From positions 1 through 64,000 of IMG/VR virus record IMGVR_UViG_3300027974_000023: a DNA stretch of 64,000 bases; one strand, 5' to 3'. Positions within the stretch are counted from its first letter, which is position 1. The number at the start of each line of letters is the position of its first letter. The position numbers were made by a program, and so were the translations under genes. Under the pieces are notes generated by a model, which saw only the letters and a program-made list of their open reading frames with translations, was not told the DNA's origin and searched no databases. This document shows positions 27,265 through 37,143 of the stretch, in pieces. Origin of the DNA: a virus.

Positions 27265-30200
27265 TTAACAGTATTTAGCGTTAGTTTGAATCTTACTGAT
27301 TATCTCATCTTCTGATTTGTTATCAGTCTCTTTTTTTAATTTACTAATTTCTTCAGTATTTTCTGAGAATTTTAAAAAATTCTCATGAGATTCTTTAGAA
27401 TTTGCTACATCTTCTTGTGTAACTATTGGTGCATTCATGTTTTCCACAGCTTCTTTAGTTGTTTTAATGAACATTTCTTTCATTTCCTCTTCTGTAAATG
27501 TTTTTGTTTCATCTGTCATTGAGTCCTTAACAATCACATTGTTGCCTTTGACTTGTGTTACAAAAACAAATTCATTTTCATAGTTTGTAAAGATAGGAAC
27601 TTTAGCCATCAATAACTCACCAACTTCAAGATTATCAACAGAAATTTTTGTTTTTAATTCATATTGTTTAGCTGCATATGCATCAGCAATTTCTGATGCT
27701 AATTCGGGATTATCAATAAGAGCTTCTGCTGTTAATTTACCAAGTTCAGTCATGTTTTTAGCTTTACTGAAATCCATTATAGGATTTTTAGCAGTTTCTT
27801 CATCTAACAATTCTTCATCAGTAACTTTTGTAGAATTGATTATTTCTCCAAGTTCTTCTTCTGTTGCGGGTTTAACCTCAGGTGAGCTTTCCCCCATTGA
27901 AGAACTTGTTGTCATTGAAATAGCAGAATCTACTCTAACTATACCAGCGTTTTCAATCTCTGGTAAATATTCTAAATCATAAACATTTTGATCTTCAGCA
28001 AGTAATGAAGATTTTTTAATACTAGTTATTTTACCATCAAGATTTGCTTCAAATTCAATTGGTAATATAGATATGTCAGGAGTAATACCAGTCATGTTAT
28101 ACACCAATGTTTGATAAATAGATTGCTGAGCTCTATGCTCTAGTTTTCTACGGTTATTTTCTTTTTCATAAGATTTCCAAGTAGAACCAGAAGAAAGTTT
28201 GATATCAATAATCTTTAATTTACCATCAGTTGTTAATGCAAGTAAATCTAACTCACCTGTAATACCATTTTCTCTTAAGGATTTGTCAAACACAAGAACA
28301 TTGTTAGATAGTATTCTAAGTTTGTTATCAAATATGTCATTTAACAGTGGAGCAATGATACCAGTATTTGCATCAAACAATGCATCATATGCATCCTTAG
28401 TCATTATATCTGATACCCTAACTCTTTGCCCATTAATATCAATTGAGTCTGTATATGGTACTGCTTTAAATTTAATTTCATCATTAGAAATAGAAAGTGA
28501 TTCTCTAATTAAAGCATCTGCATTTGTTCCTGCTGTGCTTCTGTGATTAAAAGCAATATTATCAAGAGCTTTTAAAAATTCTTCTTTTGGTAAGTCTAAA
28601 GCTTTTTCTACCTGATCTAATTTTGTTGCATTAGTACCAAAGGTTCCTCTAAATTCTGCTGCTCTTTTTTGAAATGCTAACATGAATTGGTTAATAGGAT
28701 CTGTTACAGTAGGGTCATTAAAAATCCTATCATACATTTCTATTATTGTTTCATATTTACTTTCATTGATAGGAGTAAAGAAATAATCTGGTTTACCAAC
28801 CATTTTAGTTACAACCTCATCAGATACTTGAGTAGCTCTTAAAGGTGTGTTTTCAGAATCAACAAATTTTCTACCTGTCTTAACACCTTCTTCATTAAAT
28901 ACATCTTCTACTTCTCCTCTTCTATTTACAATGTTTTGTTCTACATTGTTATAAGTTTCTTGAGCAATATTTTGTGGTTTATAAACTTGTTTTCTGCTGT
29001 TTATATAACCTTTTAAAGCCTCAATGTCTTCTTTAATAAGGGCAAGTTCATCAGCTGTAGCTTCAATAGTTTTAGATTTTGAATTTAAAAACTTACCAGT
29101 GTCAACAATTTTCTGAAGATTTTTTAAATAGTCTGTTAAAGTATTTAGAGCATCTTTTCCTGATACTTGTAATTTGAAAAATTTTAAGAATGGTGGTCTG
29201 GCAAGTTCCTTAGCGCGTTCAACTGCCTCAGCTCTTGCCTTCTCACCATAAGCTTTAAATAATTTAGTTTGACTTTGCAACCAGTTAGCTCTTGTACGTT
29301 CAAAATTTTCTGGATTAGTTTGTTGTAAATTTGGATCTTCTAATTGTTCAGTAAGAAACTTTGCAAACTCTTCATCAACCATGGCTTTTAACCCTTCTGG
29401 TAAATTTTCATAAGGAGTAGCTGTAGTTACTTCTTCATAAGTATTTTCATCAACACCTTGTTCTTTAAATTCATCTTTTACTTCTTGAACAAAACCATCA
29501 TATTTTTCATTGATCTGGTTTACATCACTTTGGTATGCTAAATACTCTGGAAAAGCTTCAATATCAAAAGTCTCAGGAGACTTAACATTTTTAATTTGCT
29601 CCTCAAGATCTTTAATGTTGTTCTCAAGGATGTTTTTATATACTTCAATTGTAAATGCATTATTTATAGCATCAGCTTTTTCCTGTGGTGTTTGAGCATC
29701 AGGATTAAAAATAGGACCTCTTTTTCTTGCTTTTTCAATTATAGTTTTATCAGAAGCTGCTATAGTCTGAGCATCATTGAAGCTTTCTTCAGATACAAGC
29801 TCTTCCAATTTAGGATAGATGTCAATCATTCCTTGAACAGTGTCTCCATTCAGGATGTTCAAATAAACTTCTTGTTCTTCTTTTTGAATTTCTAATGCAA
29901 CTATTTCTTCTCTTGAAGTATCTTCATTTAAAGTTTTTCTTATATCATCAAATATACCTGCCTCATCTTTACCATAAGCTTTTACTAATTCTCTATTATA
30001 ATTTTCATTAGCATCTTCTAAGTCTTTACTTCTTCTTTCTTCAATATCATCAAGTCTATCTTGCATTTTTTCTTTCTCAGATACCGGATTACCCGCAGCT
30101 GGAATTGCATTCATATTTGTTGCATCAATGAAAAGATCTAAGTAGTCAGCATAAAGAGGGCTGTTTTGGTTGATGATCATACCTCTTGTTTCATCAATAA

Positions 30201-33200
30201 AGTATTCTGGATAATTATTATTATCCTGAGCCCAATTTGCAAACTGCTCTAAATCAACATATATACCTTGATCAGCTAAAGCATTAAGTAAAGCATTTCT
30301 TTCAATAGCTGCCATTTGCTCATTTACAATAGACTGAAAATATTCTTTTCTGTTATTGTAAAGATTTTGCATCCATTCATAGTTTTTATCTACATGCTCT
30401 AAGAAATCTTTTGGATCACTTAATAAGTTAACATATTTAGCAAGACCTGCAGCTTGATTCTTTAACATGTCAGTATCTAAAAGCTCATCAAATAAAACAT
30501 CAATACCACCCTTTGCACTTATATCATTATCAAGATTCATTTGCTTCTCAGGAGTACCTGCTAAACCTTTTAATAAATCATGATAACTAGCTTTGTAATC
30601 CTCAATTGGATCACTTGCATATCTTTTATATAATTCTTCTTCCGGTAAGAGAGCTGTATCTAATACATATTGTCTTAATACTTTTTGCTTTTTTTGAAAG
30701 TCCTCCACAAGTTTCATTGTCTTCAAGTCCTTTCTCACATTATCCATGATTTGTGGATCATTTGATTCTTTAGCAAATGTAATTTGAGAAGCCAACATTT
30801 GAATTTGGTTATTCAATCTTGACGGATCAGTTAGTAAAGCAACATCAGCAAAAGCATTTCCTGTAATTGAAGATATGTCAGCTAAACCACTGTATAGTTT
30901 ATTACTTCTTTTTAAAGTATCATCAAAAGCAGATTGCATAAAAGTCAGGTTGTTTATACCTATACTGATTGCTTTGTTATAAAACTCAGCTCTTTGTCTT
31001 TCTATAGTTCCTTCTTTATACTCTGCAGGATTTACTCTGTATTTACCAAACTTATCTTGAGCAAACTGAAATCTTTTTGCAATAACTTTTGCATTATCAA
31101 TTGCTTTGTCTAGTTTTTGTAATGCTTTTGCACCTTGACCAGGCTCTAAGCTCCAAGCTTCTTCTAACTCTTCAGGTGTTGCAGATTTGTAATCAGCAAA
31201 GTTTTTAATAAAAGTATCAAAGGTTCCTGTTTGTAATGCTGTTAAGACAGATGAAGTAAAAGCTTGATGACCTGCATCTTTTATTTCTGCAGTAGTTTTA
31301 TCATCTGAATTATCAACAACTTTACCAACCAGCATTTGATCTGAATAATTATTCAGTTTAGGATCAAAAAAGTATTTACCATTTTGATGCATTGTATTTA
31401 ATGCTTCAACAATCTGTGTACCTTGTGCTTGTTTATTTGCTATGTATTCATTGTAATTATCTTTATGCTTAAAGTATTTATTATAACCAACACTACCAAA
31501 TTTTTGTACAGTATTTATTGGACCAGAAATTAAACTACCCATTAAGAAACCAGAAGCAAATACTTCTGCTCCTTGAGCACTTAATTGATCTTTAATACCT
31601 GCTCCAATAGCACCTAATGCATATCTATAGTTCTTTAATGCTGGGTTGTTATAACTACTTACATAGTAATCTTCTGTTGCTTTTGATAAAGCTTCTTGAC
31701 CAACTTCTTGAAAACCTTCAACTAAATTAGCTTTGAAATAATTACCTGCAAGTTTTCCCCATTGTTTTGGGCTCTTTAAAGCTTTCAGTGAGTTTTTAAT
31801 ACTAACATCTTCTAGAGTATAAGCAGCCTCTGCAGCTTTCTTACCTGGATTAAATATGATTTGTTTCTCTCTACCTACAGTTCCAATAACTCCTCCAAAC
31901 TTAGGGATACCTTTTAAGAAACCAGCTCTTGTAATAGAAGGAAAAGCAATTTTATTTGAATAGAATACTAATCCAGTATTCCACATTGTATTAGCAAAAC
32001 CATTATCTTTTGCTTGTTGCATCATTCTTACCTGCTCATCATCAGAAGGAACTTCTCCAGTTTTTGCATAATGTTCATCATACAGTTTTTTGTAAGTTGC
32101 TTGTTCTGAAAAACCACCTTCAAGCCTACCTTCAGATAAAGCCATGTTAATATTTTTAACATCATGCCAGAAAGCACCAACAGATCTAGCAGAACGTGCT
32201 AAACTTGTTATGTCTCCCATATCTTTCCAACCTCTGATTAAATCAGTTGTATTATCTAAAGGATTTAATCCATTTGCTAATTTACTACCAGCATTTGTCC
32301 AAAAACTTTTTGCACTACTTATGTTAGACAAACTTTTCAAAGAACTTGCAATTTTACCCATGTTCTTAGCTGTGTTAAACAAAGCTCCTGGTAATTTTGC
32401 TAAACTTTTTACTGTACCTGTAATACCACCAATTGCCGCTCCTGGAATAGCTCCAAAACCACCTTCAGCAAAACCCACAGCTCCTCCAATAATTGCACCT
32501 TCAACTAATCCTTCTGCAAGAATACCTACAGAATAAGCAGCTGAATTTTGCAAGTTAGTCATGAATCCTCCAAGACCACCTTTGGTAGAATTACCAATAG
32601 CATTAAAGTACTCATAATCTCTTGCTTCTTGCTGATTAGCTCCAACATCACCATGACCTAGCATTTTAGCATATGAATTAACAGGACTCATAAATCCTAA
32701 TTTAATCATTGGCCAAGCAGCATGAGTCATCATTCTTTTCCAGTCATCAAACTGAGTTGTATTTTGATTATACCATGTTTCTGTATCTGAAGTTGGATCA
32801 AAACCTAGTTTATTATATGTCTTTTCTCCATATCCACTATATCTTGCTTTGAAGGAACCACTACCAGGAGAGTTATCAAATGAATACATTTTACCATATG
32901 CATTTGGATCATGAGAATTATTAAATAAATTCTGCATGAAATCTGCTTGAGCTTTACTACTTGTACCAGGTGTAGCAACTCTTTGATTTAATTTTGCAGA
33001 ATATGTGGGAGATGAACCTACAGTAAAATCCTTAGTAGCATAAGTTCTATTTGGAATACTTGATCCACCAGGTAATTGTTGTATATCTGTTGGTAATGGA
33101 GCTAAAGGTGTATATTCTGTAAGTCCTGATTTTACTGGTCCTGTAAATGTATTAATATCCGTTAACCCATTTAATCCATCTTGTGGTATAGTGTTTTCTG

Positions 33201-33204
33201 CCAT
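27265..33204 (-). CDS. giant virion cargo protein with Gly-rich membrane segment and PD-(D/E)XK nuclease-like domain
   Basis: About 1979 aa from MAENT; GAIIGGAVGFAEGGFGAIPGAAIGG hydrophobic stretch; GITGELDLLALTTDGKLKIIDIK...HRAQQSIY. Confidence 0.78.
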   Translation of the reverse strand: MAENTIPQDGLNGLTDINTFTGPVKSGLTEYTPLAPLPTDIQQLPGGSSIPNRTYATKDFTVGSSPTYSAKLNQRVATPGTSSKAQADFMQNLFNNSHDPNAYGKMYSFDNSPGSGSFKARYSGYGEKTYNKLGFDPTSDTETWYNQNTTQFDDWKRMMTHAAWPMIKLGFMSPVNSYAKMLGHGDVGANQQEARDYEYFNAIGNSTKGGLGGFMTNLQNSAAYSVGILAEGLVEGAIIGGAVGFAEGGFGAIPGAAIGGITGTVKSLAKLPGALFNTAKNMGKIASSLKSLSNISSAKSFWTNAGSKLANGLNPLDNTTDLIRGWKDMGDITSLARSARSVGAFWHDVKNINMALSEGRLEGGFSEQATYKKLYDEHYAKTGEVPSDDEQVRMMQQAKDNGFANTMWNTGLVFYSNKIAFPSITRAGFLKGIPKFGGVIGTVGREKQIIFNPGKKAAEAAYTLEDVSIKNSLKALKSPKQWGKLAGNYFKANLVEGFQEVGQEALSKATEDYYVSSYNNPALKNYRYALGAIGAGIKDQLSAQGAEVFASGFLMGSLISGPINTVQKFGSVGYNKYFKHKDNYNEYIANKQAQGTQIVEALNTMHQNGKYFFDPKLNNYSDQMLVGKVVDNSDDKTTAEIKDAGHQAFTSSVLTALQTGTFDTFIKNFADYKSATPEELEEAWSLEPGQGAKALQKLDKAIDNAKVIAKRFQFAQDKFGKYRVNPAEYKEGTIERQRAEFYNKAISIGINNLTFMQSAFDDTLKRSNKLYSGLADISSITGNAFADVALLTDPSRLNNQIQMLASQITFAKESNDPQIMDNVRKDLKTMKLVEDFQKKQKVLRQYVLDTALLPEEELYKRYASDPIEDYKASYHDLLKGLAGTPEKQMNLDNDISAKGGIDVLFDELLDTDMLKNQAAGLAKYVNLLSDPKDFLEHVDKNYEWMQNLYNNRKEYFQSIVNEQMAAIERNALLNALADQGIYVDLEQFANWAQDNNNYPEYFIDETRGMIINQNSPLYADYLDLFIDATNMNAIPAAGNPVSEKEKMQDRLDDIEERRSKDLEDANENYNRELVKAYGKDEAGIFDDIRKTLNEDTSREEIVALEIQKEEQEVYLNILNGDTVQGMIDIYPKLEELVSEESFNDAQTIAASDKTIIEKARKRGPIFNPDAQTPQEKADAINNAFTIEVYKNILENNIKDLEEQIKNVKSPETFDIEAFPEYLAYQSDVNQINEKYDGFVQEVKDEFKEQGVDENTYEEVTTATPYENLPEGLKAMVDEEFAKFLTEQLEDPNLQQTNPENFERTRANWLQSQTKLFKAYGEKARAEAVERAKELARPPFLKFFKLQVSGKDALNTLTDYLKNLQKIVDTGKFLNSKSKTIEATADELALIKEDIEALKGYINSRKQVYKPQNIAQETYNNVEQNIVNRRGEVEDVFNEEGVKTGRKFVDSENTPLRATQVSDEVVTKMVGKPDYFFTPINESKYETIIEMYDRIFNDPTVTDPINQFMLAFQKRAAEFRGTFGTNATKLDQVEKALDLPKEEFLKALDNIAFNHRSTAGTNADALIRESLSISNDEIKFKAVPYTDSIDINGQRVRVSDIMTKDAYDALFDANTGIIAPLLNDIFDNKLRILSNNVLVFDKSLRENGITGELDLLALTTDGKLKIIDIKLSSGSTWKSYEKENNRRKLEHRAQQSIYQTLVYNMTGITPDISILPIEFEANLDGKITSIKKSSLLAEDQNVYDLEYLPEIENAGIVRVDSAISMTTSSSMGESSPEVKPATEEELGEIINSTKVTDEELLDEETAKNPIMDFSKAKNMTELGKLTAEALIDNPELASEIADAYAAKQYELKTKISVDNLEVGELLMAKVPIFTNYENEFVFVTQVKGNNVIVKDSMTDETKTFTEEEMKEMFIKTTKEAVENMNAPIVTQEDVANSKESHENFLKFSENTEEISKLKKETDNKSEDEIISKIQTNAKYC

Positions 33205-33209
33205 AATTA

Positions 33210-36200
33210 TTAATGTTTCCAACCAAAGTTTTTAGGTATATATCCAAGTGCTTTTTCAGCATTTCTCATTGCATCAGTATTACCAGTTGCATGAAACTCT
33301 TTATATTTTGCTAAATTTTTTTGAATTCTTATTGCCATTTGTTGATTTGCTTGATATACAAGTTGATCAACATTATTTCCTAATTGTTCTGAACTAAGTA
33401 TAGAACTATTAGATATCAATCTACCATCTGGACCAAGTTCATTAAATGTAATATTAGCTCTGTATGACTCATCACCCATTTTCTCTATAGTGTAGCGTCC
33501 TGCATTACTTGGATCTTTATAGTTAAGTCTTCCATCAGGAGAACTGTTTATAATAGATTGAACAGGTGTTGTTATATTACCTTTAAACAAACTATTTTTC
33601 CATTCATGTCTAGGAGCAACAAAAGTAATTCCTTCACCAACAATTTTGTTTACAATTTCATTATCAACTTTACCCTTGTCATCTTTAAAGAATTTTTCAG
33701 CAAAACTTCTAGGAACTTTAACAGTCATTGAACCAAGATTTTTATTTTCTAAGGCAATTTGACTTTGAGCTAACATAAAGTCTTCAGGTTTAGTTTTATC
33801 TCTTATAGTATAAGACAAGGCTCTTAACATGTCTTTGTATTTTTGAGCATCTACATTTAAGTTTTCTGCTTCACCAAGAGTTTTATTACCAATAGTTACT
33901 CTATACTTAGTATTATCATTTTTAAAATTGATACGCTCCAAGTCATTTAAGAATTCAAAATAAGCAGTATTACCATATGTTCCTACTGCTCCTATATTTA
34001 CAACAGCAGCTGTTTGATTTGCAGCCATAGTAGCTCTACCATCTTTTCCATTTATAAGAGTTGGAAAAGGAGATAATAATCCTGATTTTTTATCTGCATT
34101 AGAGACAATGTTATAGTATGCATTGTCCATATCTGTTATTAAACTTTTTAATGTACCTTTTGCAGCTATCTTTGGAGATGTATAACCAGCTTTACTTTCA
34201 AATTGCTGTGCATATTGCTTTACTTCACTATTTGTTAAATTATTAAATCTAACATCATGCATTTGTCCAGGAGTTTTACGACCTTTTGCTTTATCTTTTT
34301 GTTGTAGATAAGCAAATAGTTTTTTATCATAATCAGCAGATTCTTTAGCACTACCTGTTGGCCCAGTTTTTAATGGCTCTTTATTTTTAAAATCAGGTTC
34401 ATATTTTTCCAGTATGTACTTAGTTGCAATATTAACAAAGTCATCATCATCATATTGATGTGTTACAACTTTTCTTTTATATAAATCAACAAGAGCTTTT
34501 TTAGTTTGTTCACTATAACCAGAGTTTGCAATGTTTTTCATCAATGCATTATCTATTCTTTCATCATTTGTAGCTTTAGTTTTATAGTATTGTTTTGCAT
34601 ACCATTCAAATTGCTGAACATCTACATCATGATTAGCCAATCTATCAGTAGCCTGATCTGGTGCTAATATTAAAGCAGCTTCCTCTTTACCACTATTTTT
34701 AACAGCCCATTTTTTTAACTGATCTCTGTATTTAAAAAGTTTACCTGATGTTGCTAAATAATTTGTACCAGCAGCTTCATCTTTTTTAAATTTGCTATAT
34801 TCTTTATAAAACTCACCTTTTGCTTGACTAAAGTCTTGATTAGCTTTAAGAGTTTCATTAGGATGCATAATTGCCCAAAGTTCATCATTTTGCAATTGTC
34901 CTGTTTCATAAAGATTAGCTACAGTAGAATACATATTTTTAGCATAACCACTTGTTAAGCTAGATACTTTTTCAAAGTAATCACCAGCCATCAATGTTGG
35001 AATATTTTCAATTTTAGTTTCAGTACCATCTGGGTTTACACCTAGATTAATTGTTCTTGTATATGCAGGATTAGGTTTAATATCACCGTTTATGTCATAT
35101 ACATAAGCACCACTTGTTACTAAACTTTTGTTACGTTCAATTAACTTAGCAGCATTAGCTGTTTTTTCAGCTCTTTGATCAGCTCTTTGATCACTTATTG
35201 CTTGTCTCTGCATTGCATGTTGATGACTAACATTCTCCATGTAAAGTTTACTGAAGTCTTGTTTAAACACCATGTCTTGACGTGCATGAATATCAGCTGC
35301 ACCCATAACATCTTGTTCAGCATCAAAAGCAGCAATACCAGAATCTATCTTTAATCTAGCAAGCTCCATGTTAGTAAGATCTAAACCAGCAGCATTAGTC
35401 GGTCCTTGTGTAGTTAAAGTTCTTGATTCACCATTAAGTTTTTCATTAAGACTAGAACTATGAGCACTTACTTTTGTGTTTATCTCATAAAGCTCATTAA
35501 GCTTTCTTAAGTATTCATTTTGAGATGGGTTTACATCACCTTTTTCAACAGCTACTTCAACATTATTTTTCTTAGTTTCTGTCACCTTAACAGCCTCAGC
35601 ATGATTCTGAGCTCTCTTAGCTGAATACGCACTTAGTTCATTGTACTTAGTTTGTAAGTATTCTTTTTCAGCAGCTAGTTTATCACCTTTAAATCTTTCA
35701 GCATTTTGGTTAACATAATCATTTCTGTTTACATATGCTTGTGTTGCATATACTTTTTGAAGAGCTGGGTTGCTAGTGTATTCTGCTAAGAATAGTTTTT
35801 GTAAGGTAGGAAGTATTAAGTCTCCGTTCTTTTGTCTTACCATGTACATACCTGAAGCATCTGGCTTTTCAATATCTACTGATAAGTTCATTTCTTTTGC
35901 AAGTTCTCTATATACTTTAGCAGCATTCACATAAGGAGTATATTGAGCAGTACCAATATTTAAAGTTTTTTCTAAATCAGAATTTCTAAACTCTTCTTTT
36001 TTATACTGTAATTCTTTAATACCAGTATCCCAGTATTGACCGCTCATTTTTTCATCAGGATTATTTTGTAAAGCCTGAGCACTACCTAAAGTACTATTCC
36101 AATTTTTTGTCCAAGCCATATCTTTCATCAAATACTTATCTTCATAGAAAGGTTTGAATACTTGTTTTGCTTGGTTTACATTTTGATCCAATGACAAATC

Positions 36201-36443
36201 TAGACCAGAAACTCTTTTAAGTTCAAAATCTAAATTCTTTAAAAGTTGATCTTTCTTCTGAATGTTTTTATCATGAGTCAAATCAGAATCATATAGTTCA
36301 CCATATAAGTTATTAATCGCCTTATAATTAGTATCATACTGATTTTGCTTTGTCTGCATTGCATTAGCATAAAAGTTTAAGTCAGGTTGGAATGGTTGTA
36401 GTTCCGGAATAAAGTCTGTGACACCTTGAAGATAAGTACTCAT
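33210..36443 (-). CDS. virion cargo / internal protein
   Basis: 1077-aa Cys-free helical ORF; N-terminal FQPDLNFY...QNQYD; position upstream of the giant cargo genes. Confidence 0.65.
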   Translation of the reverse strand: MSTYLQGVTDFIPELQPFQPDLNFYANAMQTKQNQYDTNYKAINNLYGELYDSDLTHDKNIQKKDQLLKNLDFELKRVSGLDLSLDQNVNQAKQVFKPFYEDKYLMKDMAWTKNWNSTLGSAQALQNNPDEKMSGQYWDTGIKELQYKKEEFRNSDLEKTLNIGTAQYTPYVNAAKVYRELAKEMNLSVDIEKPDASGMYMVRQKNGDLILPTLQKLFLAEYTSNPALQKVYATQAYVNRNDYVNQNAERFKGDKLAAEKEYLQTKYNELSAYSAKRAQNHAEAVKVTETKKNNVEVAVEKGDVNPSQNEYLRKLNELYEINTKVSAHSSSLNEKLNGESRTLTTQGPTNAAGLDLTNMELARLKIDSGIAAFDAEQDVMGAADIHARQDMVFKQDFSKLYMENVSHQHAMQRQAISDQRADQRAEKTANAAKLIERNKSLVTSGAYVYDINGDIKPNPAYTRTINLGVNPDGTETKIENIPTLMAGDYFEKVSSLTSGYAKNMYSTVANLYETGQLQNDELWAIMHPNETLKANQDFSQAKGEFYKEYSKFKKDEAAGTNYLATSGKLFKYRDQLKKWAVKNSGKEEAALILAPDQATDRLANHDVDVQQFEWYAKQYYKTKATNDERIDNALMKNIANSGYSEQTKKALVDLYKRKVVTHQYDDDDFVNIATKYILEKYEPDFKNKEPLKTGPTGSAKESADYDKKLFAYLQQKDKAKGRKTPGQMHDVRFNNLTNSEVKQYAQQFESKAGYTSPKIAAKGTLKSLITDMDNAYYNIVSNADKKSGLLSPFPTLINGKDGRATMAANQTAAVVNIGAVGTYGNTAYFEFLNDLERINFKNDNTKYRVTIGNKTLGEAENLNVDAQKYKDMLRALSYTIRDKTKPEDFMLAQSQIALENKNLGSMTVKVPRSFAEKFFKDDKGKVDNEIVNKIVGEGITFVAPRHEWKNSLFKGNITTPVQSIINSSPDGRLNYKDPSNAGRYTIEKMGDESYRANITFNELGPDGRLISNSSILSSEQLGNNVDQLVYQANQQMAIRIQKNLAKYKEFHATGNTDAMRNAEKALGYIPKNFGWKH

Positions 36444-37084
36444 TATAAATATATTAAGTTTGTATTATTTTTTCTCTTACCTAAGAGTCTTCTAGATAAT
36501 TCATATTTTGGTATATTCAATATATCAGAAGCAACTCTAAGTGATTCATATATTTCTCCAGTAATTGTATTTTTTACCTGTTTTCTTTTAATACTATGTA
36601 CTTTATAGAAATCTACATTTTTTAATTTTTCTCTAGCTTTAGCTAAATTTATTTTGCATTCTTCTGAATGATTATATTTTTTACCTGCTTCATAACAGTT
36701 AGGATGTAATTTTTTACCTTTAAAATGTTGTCTAAGTTTTTCTTTTGTTTCTTCTGAATGTAAAGAACAACCGTCTGGATCAGTAGGTTTTAAGTTATAA
36801 CCTATTTCTCTATCTAAACAACTATAATAGTCAACCCAAAAATGTTCTTTTTCATGTAAAAGATCTGTGTCACATAACTCAACAACTTCAAACTTAAAAT
36901 TTAATTCTCCATATTTATTCCAAGCATGTTGTAAGTAATCATTCTTGTGAACACCTTTTCTTAAATCATATAAATGACCATTTTTTCTTGTTCTGATATT
37001 TGAAGCACATCCAATATAAATCTTATTATTAACAAGATTAGTAATCTTGTATATACCAGGTGAAGATTGTAAGTACGTTGCCAT
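36443..37084 (-). CDS. GIY-YIG homing endonuclease (NUMOD3)
   Basis: PGIYKITNLVNNKIYIGCA; GYNL; HSEETKEKLR. Confidence 0.92.
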   Translation of the reverse strand: MATYLQSSPGIYKITNLVNNKIYIGCASNIRTRKNGHLYDLRKGVHKNDYLQHAWNKYGELNFKFEVVELCDTDLLHEKEHFWVDYYSCLDREIGYNLKPTDPDGCSLHSEETKEKLRQHFKGKKLHPNCYEAGKKYNHSEECKINLAKAREKLKNVDFYKVHSIKRKQVKNTITGEIYESLRVASDILNIPKYELSRRLLGKRKNNTNLIYL

Positions 37085-37143
37085 AGTTTAAATGTATAAT
37101 GTAAAACTATTAAATTTTTATAATTTAACTAAACCTCAAAAGT

